Origin: Podarcis liolepis
Taxonomy: Eukaryota
NCBI GenBank assembly: GCA_965112155.1
Contig: OZ218105.1
Strand: one strand, 5' to 3'
Length of the DNA stretch: 64,000 bases
The translations under genes were made by a program, and so were the position numbers. The notes below the pieces were generated by a model. The model did no database searches and was not told where the DNA came from. It saw nothing but the letters and a program-made list of their open reading frames with translations. Within the stretch, counting starts at the first letter, position 1; each line of letters begins with the position of its first letter. Positions 26,187 to 38,167 of the stretch are shown piece after piece.

Positions 26187-26329
26187 CTATGAAGGTAGAA
26201 GGAAGAACAATTACAGGAAGTAATTCATATCACTCATTGCATCTCTAATCTGAGCCATGGCTATTTTTCAGTGGTTACTGTGAAAATAAAAGATAATCGC
26301 AACCAGTGGAAAGCAAGAAGTCCCCTTAC

Positions 26330-26534
26330 CTATACAAGGAGAAGGTGGGATGCCAATACAAATAAAGTACTGGAATGTAATGATGCATGATAGAAAACAG
26401 CAGTACTTTGGCCAGATCTCTGCAATGGCTTTTCTTCTGCGTCGATATAACACAGCAATTAACGCAAAGGCATGAACCATAGCATAGAAATCCATTCGTT
26501 GACCAATTACATTTACTGACAAGAGGAAACAGCT
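26330..26534 (-). CDS. PIEZO2: PIEZO2 exon ~25 (SCFLLSVNVIGQRMDF...GIPPSPCI)
   Basis: CAG acceptor, GTAAGG donor. Confidence 0.94.
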
Positions 26535-26996
26535 CTGTGACAAGGAAAAGAAAATCAGAATTTACACCCTCTTGGATAGCCCATGACTGACAGATATATT
26601 CCTTCACTCTTAGAAAATTGAAGTCTCTTACTTTGTGAGCTTCTGTTCACTAGGGATCCTGGAGGGCAGGGCAGACTATTTGGTTGACACCTAAAGAAAC
26701 AGTCAGAGCCCCATGAACATTCAACAGCAGGAGGAGCTGCTCCCTGTCTCCCAGACCAGCCCAGTAGGCATACAAATCTGGATGAAAAAACAAGCCTCAA
26801 CTCTGTGAGTCAGGGGAAAGCTGCTCTTCCAGTTGAAAGTTCTAGGCTCTGCCTCAAGGTTTGTGTAAGAGGCGCCAACCCAGCTGTCTGCAACATCCTC
26901 CATGGTTGAAAATCAATGTAACACTTTGCTTACTGGCATATAACAGGTTCTCTCTCAATCAATATTTCATACTTAGCTTACCAATAGTGAGTACTT

Positions 26997-27130
26997 CGGA
27001 GTAGCCAATGTGGTGCCGTTCAGATGTTGCTGAACTATAACTCATCATGCCTGACCATTGGCCAGGCTGGTTAGAACTAATGAGAGATGCAATCCAACAA
27101 CATCGGAGGGCACCACGTTGGCCATCTCTG
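26997..27130. mobile_element. Degenerate hAT-type MITE
   Basis: GTAGCCAATGTGGTGCC ... GGCACCACGTTGGCCATC inverted arms. Confidence 0.55.
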
Positions 27131-27138
27131 GATTACTT

Positions 27139-27287
27139 TGATAGCTCAGTTGGTTAGAGTGTGGGGCTGATGATGCCACAGTCGCAGTTTTGATCCCCGT
27201 AACGGACAGCTGCATATTCTTGCATTGAAGGGACTTGGAGTAGATGACCCTCAGGGTCCCTTCTAACTCTATGATTCTATAATTCTA
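27139..27287 (+). mobile_element. tRNA-derived SINE with CR1-type 3' tail
   Basis: A box TAGCTCAGTTGG, degenerate B box, GGTCCCTTCTAACTCTATGATTCTAT tail. Confidence 0.8.
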
Positions 27288-27654
27288 ATATATAATTGGA
27301 TAAAAGTTCCTCTTTTTGCAAAAAGAAGTAATAGCGTCACTGCTAAATGTTTGGAGTCTACACTCTGTATCAGCCTTTCTCAGCCTTGGGTCCTCAGATG
27401 TTGCTGAACTACAGCTACCATCATTCCCAGCTACTAGGACCAGTGGTCAAGGATGATGGGGGTTGTAGAATTGCACAGGCCTTTAATTGTATAGACCTTT
27501 AAAATACAAAGATAATTATTTTGTAGAGTAGGGCATTAACCGTCCAAATACAGAAACAAGTAATCCTTAAATATATAATTCCCTAAAATAGATAAGTAAG
27601 TAATAAATAATATCAAGTTGGAGTCACCATAGGAAATCTTGGCACTAAATTTAC

Positions 27655-27855
27655 CTCTAAACCAAACTTATAGAAGAAGTAGTTGACAAAGTACTTAAGA
27701 CAGCTAAGTACTCCATCATCTAAATGTAATCTGGTAACATCATGAAAAATTGTTTTCGTCTCAGGAGCTGTGAGATTGTTTCGACATCTGTAGTATTCCT
27801 GATGCCGGTAAATGGTTACTTCAAAGGCCAGAATTGCCAACATCAGCAGGTTATT
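27655..27855 (-). CDS. PIEZO2: PIEZO2 exon ~24 (NNLLMLAILAFEV...YKFGLE)
   Basis: CAG acceptor, GAG|GTAAAT donor. Confidence 0.94.
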
Positions 27856-28034
27856 CTGCAAGAGAAGGAAACCATATGAGCTACAAAGAATCAGCCAGTA
27901 TTCTTTTGAAAGCAAGCATACTGCAACTTGCAATATGCTCCCTAAAAACATTGACAACTCAGCGACTGTACTGTCTGAAAATAATTTATTGAGACTGAAA
28001 ATAAATTCAACAGAGAACAAGTAATAATAATTAC

Positions 28035-28151
28035 CCTCAAATATACAAGAAGTGGATAAGACTTTCTCAATCCAACCCACTCAGTTGGATCAATGGGCTT
28101 TCTGTAAAGTAGTGATTCATTTATGTCTTCTAGAGGCTTAGTTGTATTAGG
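28035..28151 (-). CDS. PIEZO2: PIEZO2 exon ~23 (PNTTKPL...PIDPTEWVGLRKSYPLLVYLR)
   Basis: TAG acceptor, GTAATT donor; peptide match. Confidence 0.92.
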
Positions 28152-29037
28152 CTAAAATGAAAAAAGAGAGATAAATTTTAGTTTGACTTCTTCAAGGAGG
28201 ATGCTTTGATTGAACAGAGCCAGGGACAGATCTACTATGAAACTACCATGAAGCTTTAGCTTCAGGGCCCCTAATTCCAGGGGAGCCCCAGAAGCAACTT
28301 TAGTCCACATTGCTGAAAAAGTTCAGGTCCAGTAGACCCAACTTGAGTCACATGACACAAATCATTCTACAATGCATCATGCATGTATATAACATTCCCA
28401 TAATTTTCATCTCCCCCTCAATAACTTGAAAACTATAAGACATAGGAAATTTTGATTCAAACCAGTGATAATCCAGTGCAGCAATTTTATTCAAAATCTG
28501 AGATGTAGTAGTTAATTTTAAAAAAATAAAAATGTGGTGATATGTCATGGAACGACTCCACTGAGGAAGGTAACAGTGGTTATCCAGACCTCTTTGCTGG
28601 TTGTGAAGGGCCCCCAAAATGTAAGTTTGCCGCTGAACAGAGCTGAACAACCCAGGCACCTGAAAAAGGTTTCATCATCGACTTTATGAAGCAACATTAA
28701 GGCATCTGCCACTAACAGCTGAGACTGAAAAGAAGCAGACAATGAAGTAGCTCCATCAGTGCTAGGAGAGGTTCAACTGGGGCCTCTCCATGCTACAGGA
28801 AGCATCAGTGTCATCAAATATACATACAGCAAACAAATTGAATACTTGGCAGGATGTGTGATTGATTCAGAAATTCACTGAGATATTTCCTGATTTGGGG
28901 GGAATAACTTGACTAACTTCTCACGTGAGAAAGGGCCTGTCTCCATCCTTGTTGATCCACAATATCCACAAATTGCTAAATTATTTATTTTAAACAACTC
29001 TATTTTACTTTTTAAATATTAGATAGCTACTACTTGC

Positions 29038-29214
29038 CATTGTACAGTTGACAGAAAACATTTCAGGGTTAATAGTTCCAAGCTGATACAACATTTTGCA
29101 GATGATAATCACACAGGTCCAAACAGTGCAGACACTGGATGCCAGTGGGCGGAACTGAGAATATGGCAAAGCAAAAGCCCAGGCAATCACAAACACATAG
29201 TTAAGGAGGGAAAC
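29038..29214 (-). CDS. PIEZO2: PIEZO2 exon ~22 (VSLLNYVF...SVNCTM), GC donor
   Basis: CAG acceptor; frame requires ATG|GCAAGT donor. Confidence 0.9.
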
Positions 29215-29982
29215 CTGTAAGCACAAAATGAGAAAACATATTAATTACTTGACAACAATTTGAGAAGTTTTATTATGCTACCTTGTGCTAAAACATTCTG
29301 AAAAGGAATTCAAAGCATAAGGAAGCAGCAAAAGAGAGAGCATTGAAATGTTTAAGATAGCAGGAGAGTTAATCAGCTAAGGGTGGTGGTCTTGGAAGAA
29401 TCAGGAATTATAGGCTGGGGTTTAATGTGAAACAGTAGCATAAAGATAAAGATGAGAAAGGGTGCGGAAAGCTTTCCAAAGTAAGGACAAGCTACTTGTG
29501 CTGGATGTTGAAGGGAATGTTCTATGTGATCAACAGCATTTTGGGGTAAAAGCTCAGCGTTGCTAAGATGCAAGAAAGGAAAGCAAGGGAAAAGGTGCAG
29601 TAGTCAAAGGGTGGCCATGGCAAGAGCACAAGACCAAGTTTGGGCTAAGATGATTAGGGGAAGGGGTGGATTTTTGCAATAGTATATTAAAGTAGTTAAG
29701 CAATTTGGTAGCTTGGTTTACTGAATCGGATAGAGCTGGAACAAACTGAATTTCAATTCGCATGCAAAACTTCAAAATATCAAATATAGTTTTGAAGTTT
29801 GAATGATGTTTCATATGCACCTTTTAGGGACAAGCCTAGTGTTTTACATCATTTAGTGGACAGGAGGAATACACGTCTAATAAACCAACCAAACCAACAT
29901 TTCAGAAATTCAAAAACATCCTTGTTTTTGAATTCAGTTGATACTGAAAGAGAAACTGATGACACATGCATTATTTACTTGC

Positions 29983-30143
29983 CTCTTTGACTGTGACCCA
30001 GATAATATATGATGAGACAATTTTGATAATGTGCAGTTCCAAAAGCCACCACACAAAAACTTGCAGTTTATGAAAGCATTCAAGAAATTTCAAGAAAAGT
30101 ACGGTGAGGCGATCAATTACCAAATGCCATTTGTTTCTTAAAT
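29983..30143 (-). CDS. PIEZO2: PIEZO2 exon ~21 (LRNKWHLVIDRL...WVTVKE), GC donor
   Basis: CAG acceptor; frame requires GAG|GCAAGT donor. Confidence 0.92.
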
Positions 30144-30811
30144 CTGCAAAGACAAGTCAAACATAATGATGAAACTTATTTTTGGCTTTGTGAACAGGGC
30201 TACTTTTATCTTCTGTTGGAAATATAAAGGGGGAGGCAATTTTTCCCTCTGAATATAACTTTTCTTCCTCAGAATAAAACACTATTAAAACCAGCTATAA
30301 TTCTTAATTAACGGAAAATGTGATTGAGATTCATTTGAAGTCATTTGAAGTCCCCAAAGTGTCAATTTTTCCTGCCAAATGTGTTTATTCCTAATTTTAT
30401 GACAGAATGCAGTTGACATTCCTCAGAAACAGAATTCCAGAGCATAAGACAAGACGTAGGTTTGAAGAGTTGCCATTCACTCCTGCAATGAAAAAGGCAC
30501 TAGGAACCAAAGTATATTGAGCCAAGTTTCAACACAACTTAATCATGTTGGGATAACCTTTGAGTCCTTACAGGTCTCTAATGTTGTTTTGTCTCCCTCT
30601 CAAGGTTTTTTTTAAAGACTTCTTGAGCACCTGCAAATGTCAGGGTGAACTCAAGTCTGCTTATTTTCCCCTCTCCCCATTTGTATAGTCTGTGAGCATC
30701 AGAACACTTAAATAAGAAATAGAGGGAATGAATTACATGTATCCCAGGTGAATCACCTTCAATCAAAAGTAAAACAAAATAGACCAAGTTGAGATTCTCT
30801 GCACAGACTAC

Positions 30812-31155
30812 CTGATATATCTTCTGTCTCTGATTCATCATCATCATCATCTTCTTCTTCCTCCTCATCCACTTCCTCCTCTTCTTTTTCATGCCCTTCT
30901 TCCTTATCTCTTTTCTCCCTCCTTTCCATTATGCGTTGTTCTGGTTCTTGGAACATGTGTTCCTGCTCTTGGAACATTTTTTCCGGCCCTTGTAAAATGT
31001 TTTCTTGCTCTTGTAAAACGTTTTCCTGCTCATTTTTTTCCTGCTCTTGTAACACATTTTCCTGCTCTCGTAAAATGTTCTCCTGTTCCTTTCCAAAACT
31101 GGCATTTAAATTCATCATTGTGATATCAGGCAGGCTTCCATCTTGATGAACCAGC
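30812..31155 (-). CDS. PIEZO2: PIEZO2 exon ~20 (LVHQDGSLPD...EDIS), enlarged by a heptad repeat
   Basis: TAG acceptor, CAG|GTAGTC donor; GSLPD motif and acidic tail. Confidence 0.9.
30927..31088 (-). repeat. Coding 21-bp tandem repeat (EQENxLQ-like, about 8 units)
   Basis: GAGCAGGAAAAxxTTTTACAA-type units in frame within E20. Confidence 0.85.
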
Positions 31156-31477
31156 CTATTGGTAGATAAAGTAGGCATGTCAACAAACCAAGCAGTTGCA
31201 ATACAAGAAACAATCTTCTGATTTCATACAGCAAAACAAACAAGGAGCACATGAATAAATGGGTCAAACACTGTTTAGGAAACTCCACATGGTATCATAC
31301 CATAGAAGCAATTATCTGTCACTTTGACGCTAATTATTTGCTTTAGTAATTAGTGATATTGCCACCTAAACTTGACATTTCCCCCGCAGAGGAAAAAATG
31401 GTCAAAGTTTAAGATGTAGAAGCATGAAATGACATGTTTTAACAGCAAGCATTTCATGACTTCACATGGGGACTTAC

Positions 31478-31510
31478 TCATTTTGGCGGATTGGTAATTT
31501 TTTCTTGATG
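31478..31510 (-). CDS. PIEZO2: PIEZO2 cassette exon ~19 (IKKKLPIRQN), 33 nt
   Basis: Pyrimidine tract then GAGCAG acceptor, GTAAGT donor, phase 2-2; matches mammalian SIKKKLPIHQNE. Confidence 0.88.
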   Translation of the reverse strand, partial: HQEKITNPPK

Positions 31511-33439
31511 CTGCTCAAAGTAATTGAAACAGAAAGAAAAAAAGGAAATGAGAACAGAGGAGTTACAGAAGAAGGTCAGAGATAAAGACATCATGCCATA
31601 TAACTCACTAGCATTCTCTTAATCCATCTGTGTCAGCTTTCAGATGCCAGGAGCATGCCATCCTGGCATTAAAAGAGTGCTTCTAACAAGATGGAAAGTG
31701 CTTACTACATTTTCAAAGAAACTTTTCATTCACCATTCTTACATTATGCAAGCAAATTCTTTCAAATAAGTTACACTAGTCTGACTCTGAATATATTTAC
31801 ATATTTGTAAAAAACAAAAGATGTAAAAAAAACAAAAGATTCAAATGGCAAAATTATCCATTTGCAAGTAAGCAAATCTGTTTATTCAGTTCAAAATTCA
31901 GGTAGCATATAATCTTGAACCAGCTCTTCACATCGTCTCAGCAACGCTTTCAAGAATTCTATGGTTAAAAATCAATATAAAGAGTTGAAAACAGGAAACA
32001 CCAATTGAAGGTGTTTCTACTGATGTGGAAAATGGAAATGTTTACTAGTAAGCTATAAAGTATTTTGGAGGTGCATTCTGGTAAACACTACTTGTGATCA
32101 AATTTACCTTCTTCCCTAAGAAAATGGGATTGGCGGTCTAGTTTCAGCGTTACATAAAGGTAAGGAAAACATTTTATTTTTATGTTAGTAAGTATAGTAA
32201 ACTTGCCATACAGATGACAGCCAATTGGTCCCTGATCCAAACCTCAGTTTGAAGATATTTCAGTCAGGAAGGTGATGTTGTACTATTAGTTTCTCTTTCT
32301 AAAAGAAAGCTTGGGTGTCCTTTCAGCTCAACTACAGAGTCCTTTAGAGTTAAAGATATCCCTTGATATTTTACTCTGCTGCCTACATACCTTATGAAAG
32401 ACTCAGGACAACTCAATGCCAAAAATAAGTAAATGGGCTAAGGCAGCCAGGATCAGACAAATCCTTGGATATGATATATATTGGGGCATCCAACTTCCAA
32501 GAGTCTGCGATCTACTCACAGTACTAAAAAACTGGCAGTGATCTACCCATTGCCAGAGTTGTTGAGCTTTATTTAGGGAGCCAAAGTTGTCTTTCATTGC
32601 AAAATTAGCATGTTGTTGAATTTTTTTTACTTATTTCAAAAATACCAAATCATTTAACCATTATATTTAAATGCTAATACTAAAACATGAACAGTATACT
32701 TTAAATTTGCAACATAGCTATAAATGAACACAAGATGCCTTTCAAATAATGAACTAGTGTAAGACTTGAATCAAGACATTAAATTTATCTCTATTTATGA
32801 ATTTTATTCAGCTTTTCAAGGTACATAAGATCATATAATGTATTCAGAATTTTTGTAATCATTCTCATAAAAGTAATTTTCTATGACAACTATTTTCAAG
32901 AGAGATAAAAAATACCTGCTAAATATTATTCAGTGTGCCCCAGAGACCTTGGGAAGGATTCCCAAGGGTTCCTAGATCAAAGGATGGGCCAGAAAGGTAC
33001 TGAAAACACCATTGCTCAGGTTTCCCATAGGCAAAACTGTGCATGAGTCTTCAGTTCTTAATGTTGACCCATTTGTTGCTGCTGTTGGCCTTTCCTCCCA
33101 TTGGACCTCCCTTCTCTGTAAGAATGGTAGGGCCAGAAATGAAAAGACTGTCTGAAGGCAGAGAATGGGGTGCCATAGAAAGCCTATTATGAGCTGGGCC
33201 AGAATGTCATGAGTAGCTCATAATGGCTTGGTGACTTCTTTTCCCAGTTCTCCTAATTCCAAAAGTTGGCACTGTCAATATTCTAAAGGTCACACTTTGA
33301 TGTTACACAAAAGCAATTGACTGATTTCTGTGCCACTTACTGTCACATGTGCTCAGGATCCTAGAGAACAACAGGCTAACCACACTGCCTACTTAAGTAA
33401 ATATTATGTAAATATCTTAATTTCAGAGGAACACGCGTG

Positions 33440-33469
33440 CACACACACACACACACACACACATACACA
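33440..33469. repeat. (CA)n microsatellite
   Basis: Seen directly. Confidence 0.9.
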
Positions 33470-34122
33470 CCAGAAAGGGTTGTAATTACTAAGCAAAAGC
33501 TGTTGCACTGATCTAGCAAGATGTAAAATACAAGTGCTAGTGACCTGGATTTATCGAGAGCACTGTTGTCCAGACTACCAACAATGGCTTGGACACTGAC
33601 CCAGGAGGATAAGGGGTTTGCTAAGTCAGTAGGACCACTCACAGAATTACCAGATCTGGGTCCCAACACTGAGCTAGAGCCCAGCAACCAAGGAACAACA
33701 GAATCAGAGACACACCAAATCTCCTGAGCTAGGAACTTCAGAGATTGCAGCACACTGATGAAGCAACATCCTTGCCCCTAAAGACCTCATATGTCCCATC
33801 TACCACAACCACCGGCAGTTTGCTTTGTATGAAATGATTGAGAAACAACAGAGTGCTAGGCTCCAAGGCAAAACCTCTGTCACATTAACAGTATCCAACA
33901 AGGAGGTAGACCTAAGTAAATTTAGTGAAATATAAATAATTTAAGGGACTGTTTTATGTAGCTTGCTTACTGTCTAAAGTGTGGAATGCACTATTTTCTG
34001 TTGGAGCTGGTTAGGAGAGACTAGACTATCCTCCACCTTCTCAAAACCTTTCTTACCCGGTCTCATTCTCAGAGTCCTTTAAAATGTCTTTATAATTTTG
34101 TTGGCTGTGGGATTGAGCTTAC

Positions 34123-34238
34123 CTTATCCTTGTGAGATATTCGAGAGTGGTGTGTGCAATTTCCTTTCCATTAAAGACTTCTCCAGTGCTCTGGAGCATC
34201 CCTGGCTGCCTGCGTTTCCTGATCTGAAAAAGCACCAT
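34123..34238 (-). CDS. Candidate alternative first (or cassette) exon of PIEZO2, MVLFQIRKRRQPGMLQSTGEVFNGKEIAHTTLEYLTRI
   Basis: ATG-initiated open frame ending at AAG|GTAAGC in phase 2, in frame with E19/E20; internal TTTTTCAG acceptor at 34224-34231; no homology or expression evidence. Confidence 0.4.
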
Positions 34239-34272
34239 GGGAGGAGTTACCTTACAACGCCTTCCCCTGAGC

Positions 34273-34330
34273 TTTAATTAAAGTGCGGGAAGCCGGGAAG
34301 GTTGGCTACCAAGTGCCCCTGGATTGGTGC
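34273..34330 (-). promoter_or_regulatory. Putative intronic promoter or enhancer motifs
   Basis: CCAAT (34323-34327, minus), tandem GGGAAG ETS/E2F-like sites (34285-34300), TTTAATTAAA (34273-34282), several CpGs in a CpG-poor intron. Confidence 0.3.
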
Positions 34331-37300
34331 GCTCACTGCCTTTGTTTTTAAGAGATGTCGTTTTGACCATTAAAACAAAAACAAAAAACTACACCAAGCA
34401 AACACACATGCCATTTAAAAATCAACAACAAACAACTGTTAGGAGCACTGTCAACAGCCCGCTCAGCTTCCCACACTTACAGGAAAGCCCAGTTGAGGAC
34501 ATCATGGTGTTTTTGAAGGAAACACAGGCACTTGGAAAAGCTGCAACCTGCCAGGGAGATGCATTGTAGAAAGAAAGGACACTCACATAATCCACTGGCC
34601 CTCTCAAAATTAAGGTAAGCAAAAACCCAGACCCAACCTGTGAGCATTTCACCGAACCTCTCTCATCTCTTCCCCTAGTTACATAATTTTTAAATGCAAT
34701 TTATTTTCTCATTAATTGATGGTCGACAGTTTTTTTAAAAAAAACACCTGGAAAAATTTTCAGCACTGCATCAGGTGAAGTCCACCTATCTCAATTCAAA
34801 ATGAGCCAGGTCTTTCCAAACCTTTCTCAAGAATTCTCAATAAAAATCTGGATTTCCCCCTCCAAATCCCCCCAAAGTTTGGAAAACCCAACCTGGGAGA
34901 TCTCCTTCACTGTCACTCATTTACTAGTTTCCCTCCTACCCCTTTTCCTAAATTCAAAAGTTGTGGGGTGGGGTGGTAGAGAAGAGACAGCAGCTGCGTT
35001 TCCAAAAACCAAACCAAAACAAGGAATCTTCCCTCCTACAATAAATGATTCTGGAAATCCTTGACCCCTCCACTGTCGACAGGAAGTCTGTCAACTGCAG
35101 TTTCTTAATCACAGAAAATAAGCCAGGAGGCTTATAAAGTATTACATTTCCCAGAGTCAGCAAAGCAGACTCAAGCAATGCTTAGAAGTACTCACCGTGC
35201 AGAGTGAGGAACTGCTTAGAAGATGCTGCCTTTGGTTCAGTTTGTGTGTGTTTATATATGTGTGTGTGAACATACACTTCCAAGATCTTACATCTGCAGG
35301 AACGACTAACAGACAGCCTAAACCCTGACCATCATTTTTTCTTCAGCAACTTAGTGAGCATATGAAAGTGTAGGAATGGGGGAGAGGAGAAACTGGCATA
35401 TGAAAATGCTGGTACCAAGTACAAATTCAGAGAAAGTCAGGTTCAGTTCATAAGAGATTTTACACTTGATATTTCATGATAACTGTCCCCTTCCTGCCTT
35501 CCACAATTCTTCAGTATTGCTAGGGTAAGCTTATCATAATGGTGTTGCTTTGATGCACTCTTGTAGCCAAGATATAACATCATTTTCTCTTGAATGCAAC
35601 ACATAAAATATTTGACAGAGTAAAGATGGTTTAAGAAAGCAGATGTTTAAAGAACCACTCTTTGAATGATTTTCTATCCTTGCATTTGTAATTTTATATA
35701 TATGAGTTGTAACAGAGTTCTGAAGTATTAATAATTCATAATTATATGTATTTCCCTTAGAAGTACAAGCTTCTCTTTCTTCTATCTCTGACCAATTATC
35801 ATGATGAGAGATATTAAGAATACAGGCTGATATCCAAAAAGTAAAAAATGCCCCCAAAACACTTCTACTCTAAAGGGGACGGGGTTTGCTAATTTTCCTT
35901 TTCAACAACAATCTTTTCAGTCACGTTGAATTCCACTTTGGAGGGTCCCTAACATTCAGAGCAGTGGGAGGGGGCCATGGGTTAGAGGTATTGCAATGGG
36001 AAGGAGGCATATAACTAAGCAAGGTAATTGGCATACAAAGAAGTTTCAGCAAATCTGTACAATTACTATGCAAATTATAGAAGGGAAAAAACCTCCATCT
36101 GTTCTATATATGAGCCAAACCATTAGCAATAAAAATGCTGTCCTAAAGTAGCTGTCAACATATGTTCAACAATTTTCAAGTTTTCCAATTCATGTCTGAT
36201 TATGACATGGATATTAAAAGTATTTTATTCAGATATGAGTATCAGCCCACCATACTGTGCTCTACTGATCAATGTCACTTTTATTTAGAAGAGACTTGCA
36301 TCCATAACCAGCAGGTTTTTTTCAGGTTCCTGAGATGCCATTGTATACAAAGGAACACCACTTCCTAATTCTCATACCCACACAGGCCTGCTGCGACAAA
36401 TTTACTAGGCACCTTGAAGATAAAGTCACTTGCTTTTGCTCCAATCTTTACACTCAGCTGTCTAATGAGGTGTCTAGCACACCATCATGTCATATTGTTT
36501 GGGATCCATTATTATCATTGGGGCTTCGAGGTGTGGACAAGACACATGCAGGAGTGCAACCAACTATCTATTTTCTAGAACCCTGCCTACTGTTGCTTCC
36601 AAACACTAGCTAGAGGGGGATGACTGGAGATTACAGCTAGTGTATAATGCACCTGCTGGATCACTGTATAATGCACCTGCTGGATCTCAAGGTCCATTTC
36701 CCGAATTACCCCAAACAGGAATCATTCAGCATTAAACAAATTCCTAGATGCCCATACCAAACCTGATACTTCTCATTGCTTCTTCACATTGTATTAGGAC
36801 AACTTAAAGCACTATGCTATTACTTTTAATAGTTATGGATTCCTCCAAAGAATTCTAAGAGCTGTAGTTTGTTAAGGGTGCTGAGAGTTATTAGGCTGCC
36901 TCTATTCTTCTCCTAGAGCTACAATTTCCAGAGCTGTCTGGGAAGAAGGATTGCTAAACTACTCTGGAAATTGCAGTCTTTGATAAAAGAGGAGTGTCTC
37001 ATTTAATGTCTTGCTATCATTTACTATAGTTTTCAAATCTACTTGTCCACCTCTCTTGTGTGTGGACAAGTGGAGGTAAATGGTGGGTGGCAGTAGCACA
37101 TGCTGCAACAATGCTGGGGCTGGGGGATGCAGGGATAGAAACATGGGGAGCCAGGTTTACATTGGCCAGGAGCCCATCACCAGCACTGTTTTAAGGGCTC
37201 ACTGAAGTCTGGTGCAAACTGAGATGAACAAAAGTGTGCACAGACACTTATGTGTGCTGATGAACTAGTTTACTCAGAGAATTGTGCTTTACATGTCTAG

Positions 37301-37590
37301 ATGCAAATAAAATTGATTGAACTTTTTTTCAACTTGGATAACATTTAAAGTGAATCATTGTACTCGCAGCTTTTAAAAATGGGAGAACTCTCAGAGTTAG
37401 AACTCCACTGTGCTGACCAATAAGCTCTTTGTTCATTGGAAAAATTGAGCACTACGATTGTTTTATTTGAGGTTAATATATAGCCTGATATTCCTCTCCG
37501 CCACTGCCCCCGCCCTCACTTCTGAGTGAAAATGTAAGCAAGCAAGTAAAAGAAACATTTTGTTAGGAAAGGAAAGATTGGAATACCCAC

Positions 37591-37632
37591 CTATTTATTA
37601 TTAGATAAACACGACCATTGACTTTGGCATGG
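37591..37632 (-). CDS. PIEZO2: PIEZO2 cassette exon ~18 (HAKVNGRVYLIIN), 42 nt
   Basis: Long pyrimidine tract then AAG acceptor, GTGGGT donor, phase 2-2; matches the recalled mammalian peptide. Confidence 0.88.
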   Translation of the reverse strand, partial: PCQSQWSCLSNNK

Positions 37633-38167
37633 CTTTGGTGAGAGAGATGAAAGCACAAGAATGCATGGGATGGCAGCAGGAAAATTAGTTAGAGAAAGAG
37701 AGAGAAAAGAATAGTGTTAAACAGGAATGAAGGAACATAGCTGTCTTACCAGAGGAAGAACATATTGCCAACAGTCCCAATGAAATAGTAAGATTATTGA
37801 AGGATTATTACAAAACATTCAGTAACAAACACTTGTCAGCATATAGGTTCCCATTGTACCACTAGACTTCCAGCTACTTGGATTAAAAGGGCCAACCTCC
37901 TTAACAATCCTGTTTGATGTCTCCCCACTCAATACCAAACGATAAAACATTATCTAAGTAGCATAACCAAACAGAAAGGATCTATTAAAAAGTATGTGAG
38001 TTGTGCCAACAGAAGTCCAATTTCTTGGTGACTGCAAGCCAGCTTAGCTTTCAACATAAGGTTCATGCTTAGACATCAGAGCTATATATAACCATATGGT
38101 GGTTGGGGAAGTAGAAGCTGAGAACCTGGTGACACTGAAAGAAATAACATTTCTCTGCTTGCTTTAC

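Noticed and set aside
27139-27215. tRNA-like sequence
   Set aside because: Degenerate B box and a CR1-type tail mark it as a SINE head, not a tRNA gene.
30927-31088. Regular short repeats suggestive of a CRISPR array
   Set aside because: There are no spacers, the repeat is in-frame coding sequence, and the genome is eukaryotic.
34051-34122. Alternative donor CGG|GTAAGA 66 nt past the candidate exon
   Set aside because: Read-through meets an immediate TAA, so it cannot extend the coding frame.
36641-36686. Short tandem duplication (another at about 52180-52219)
   Set aside because: Ordinary intronic slippage duplications with no sign of function.
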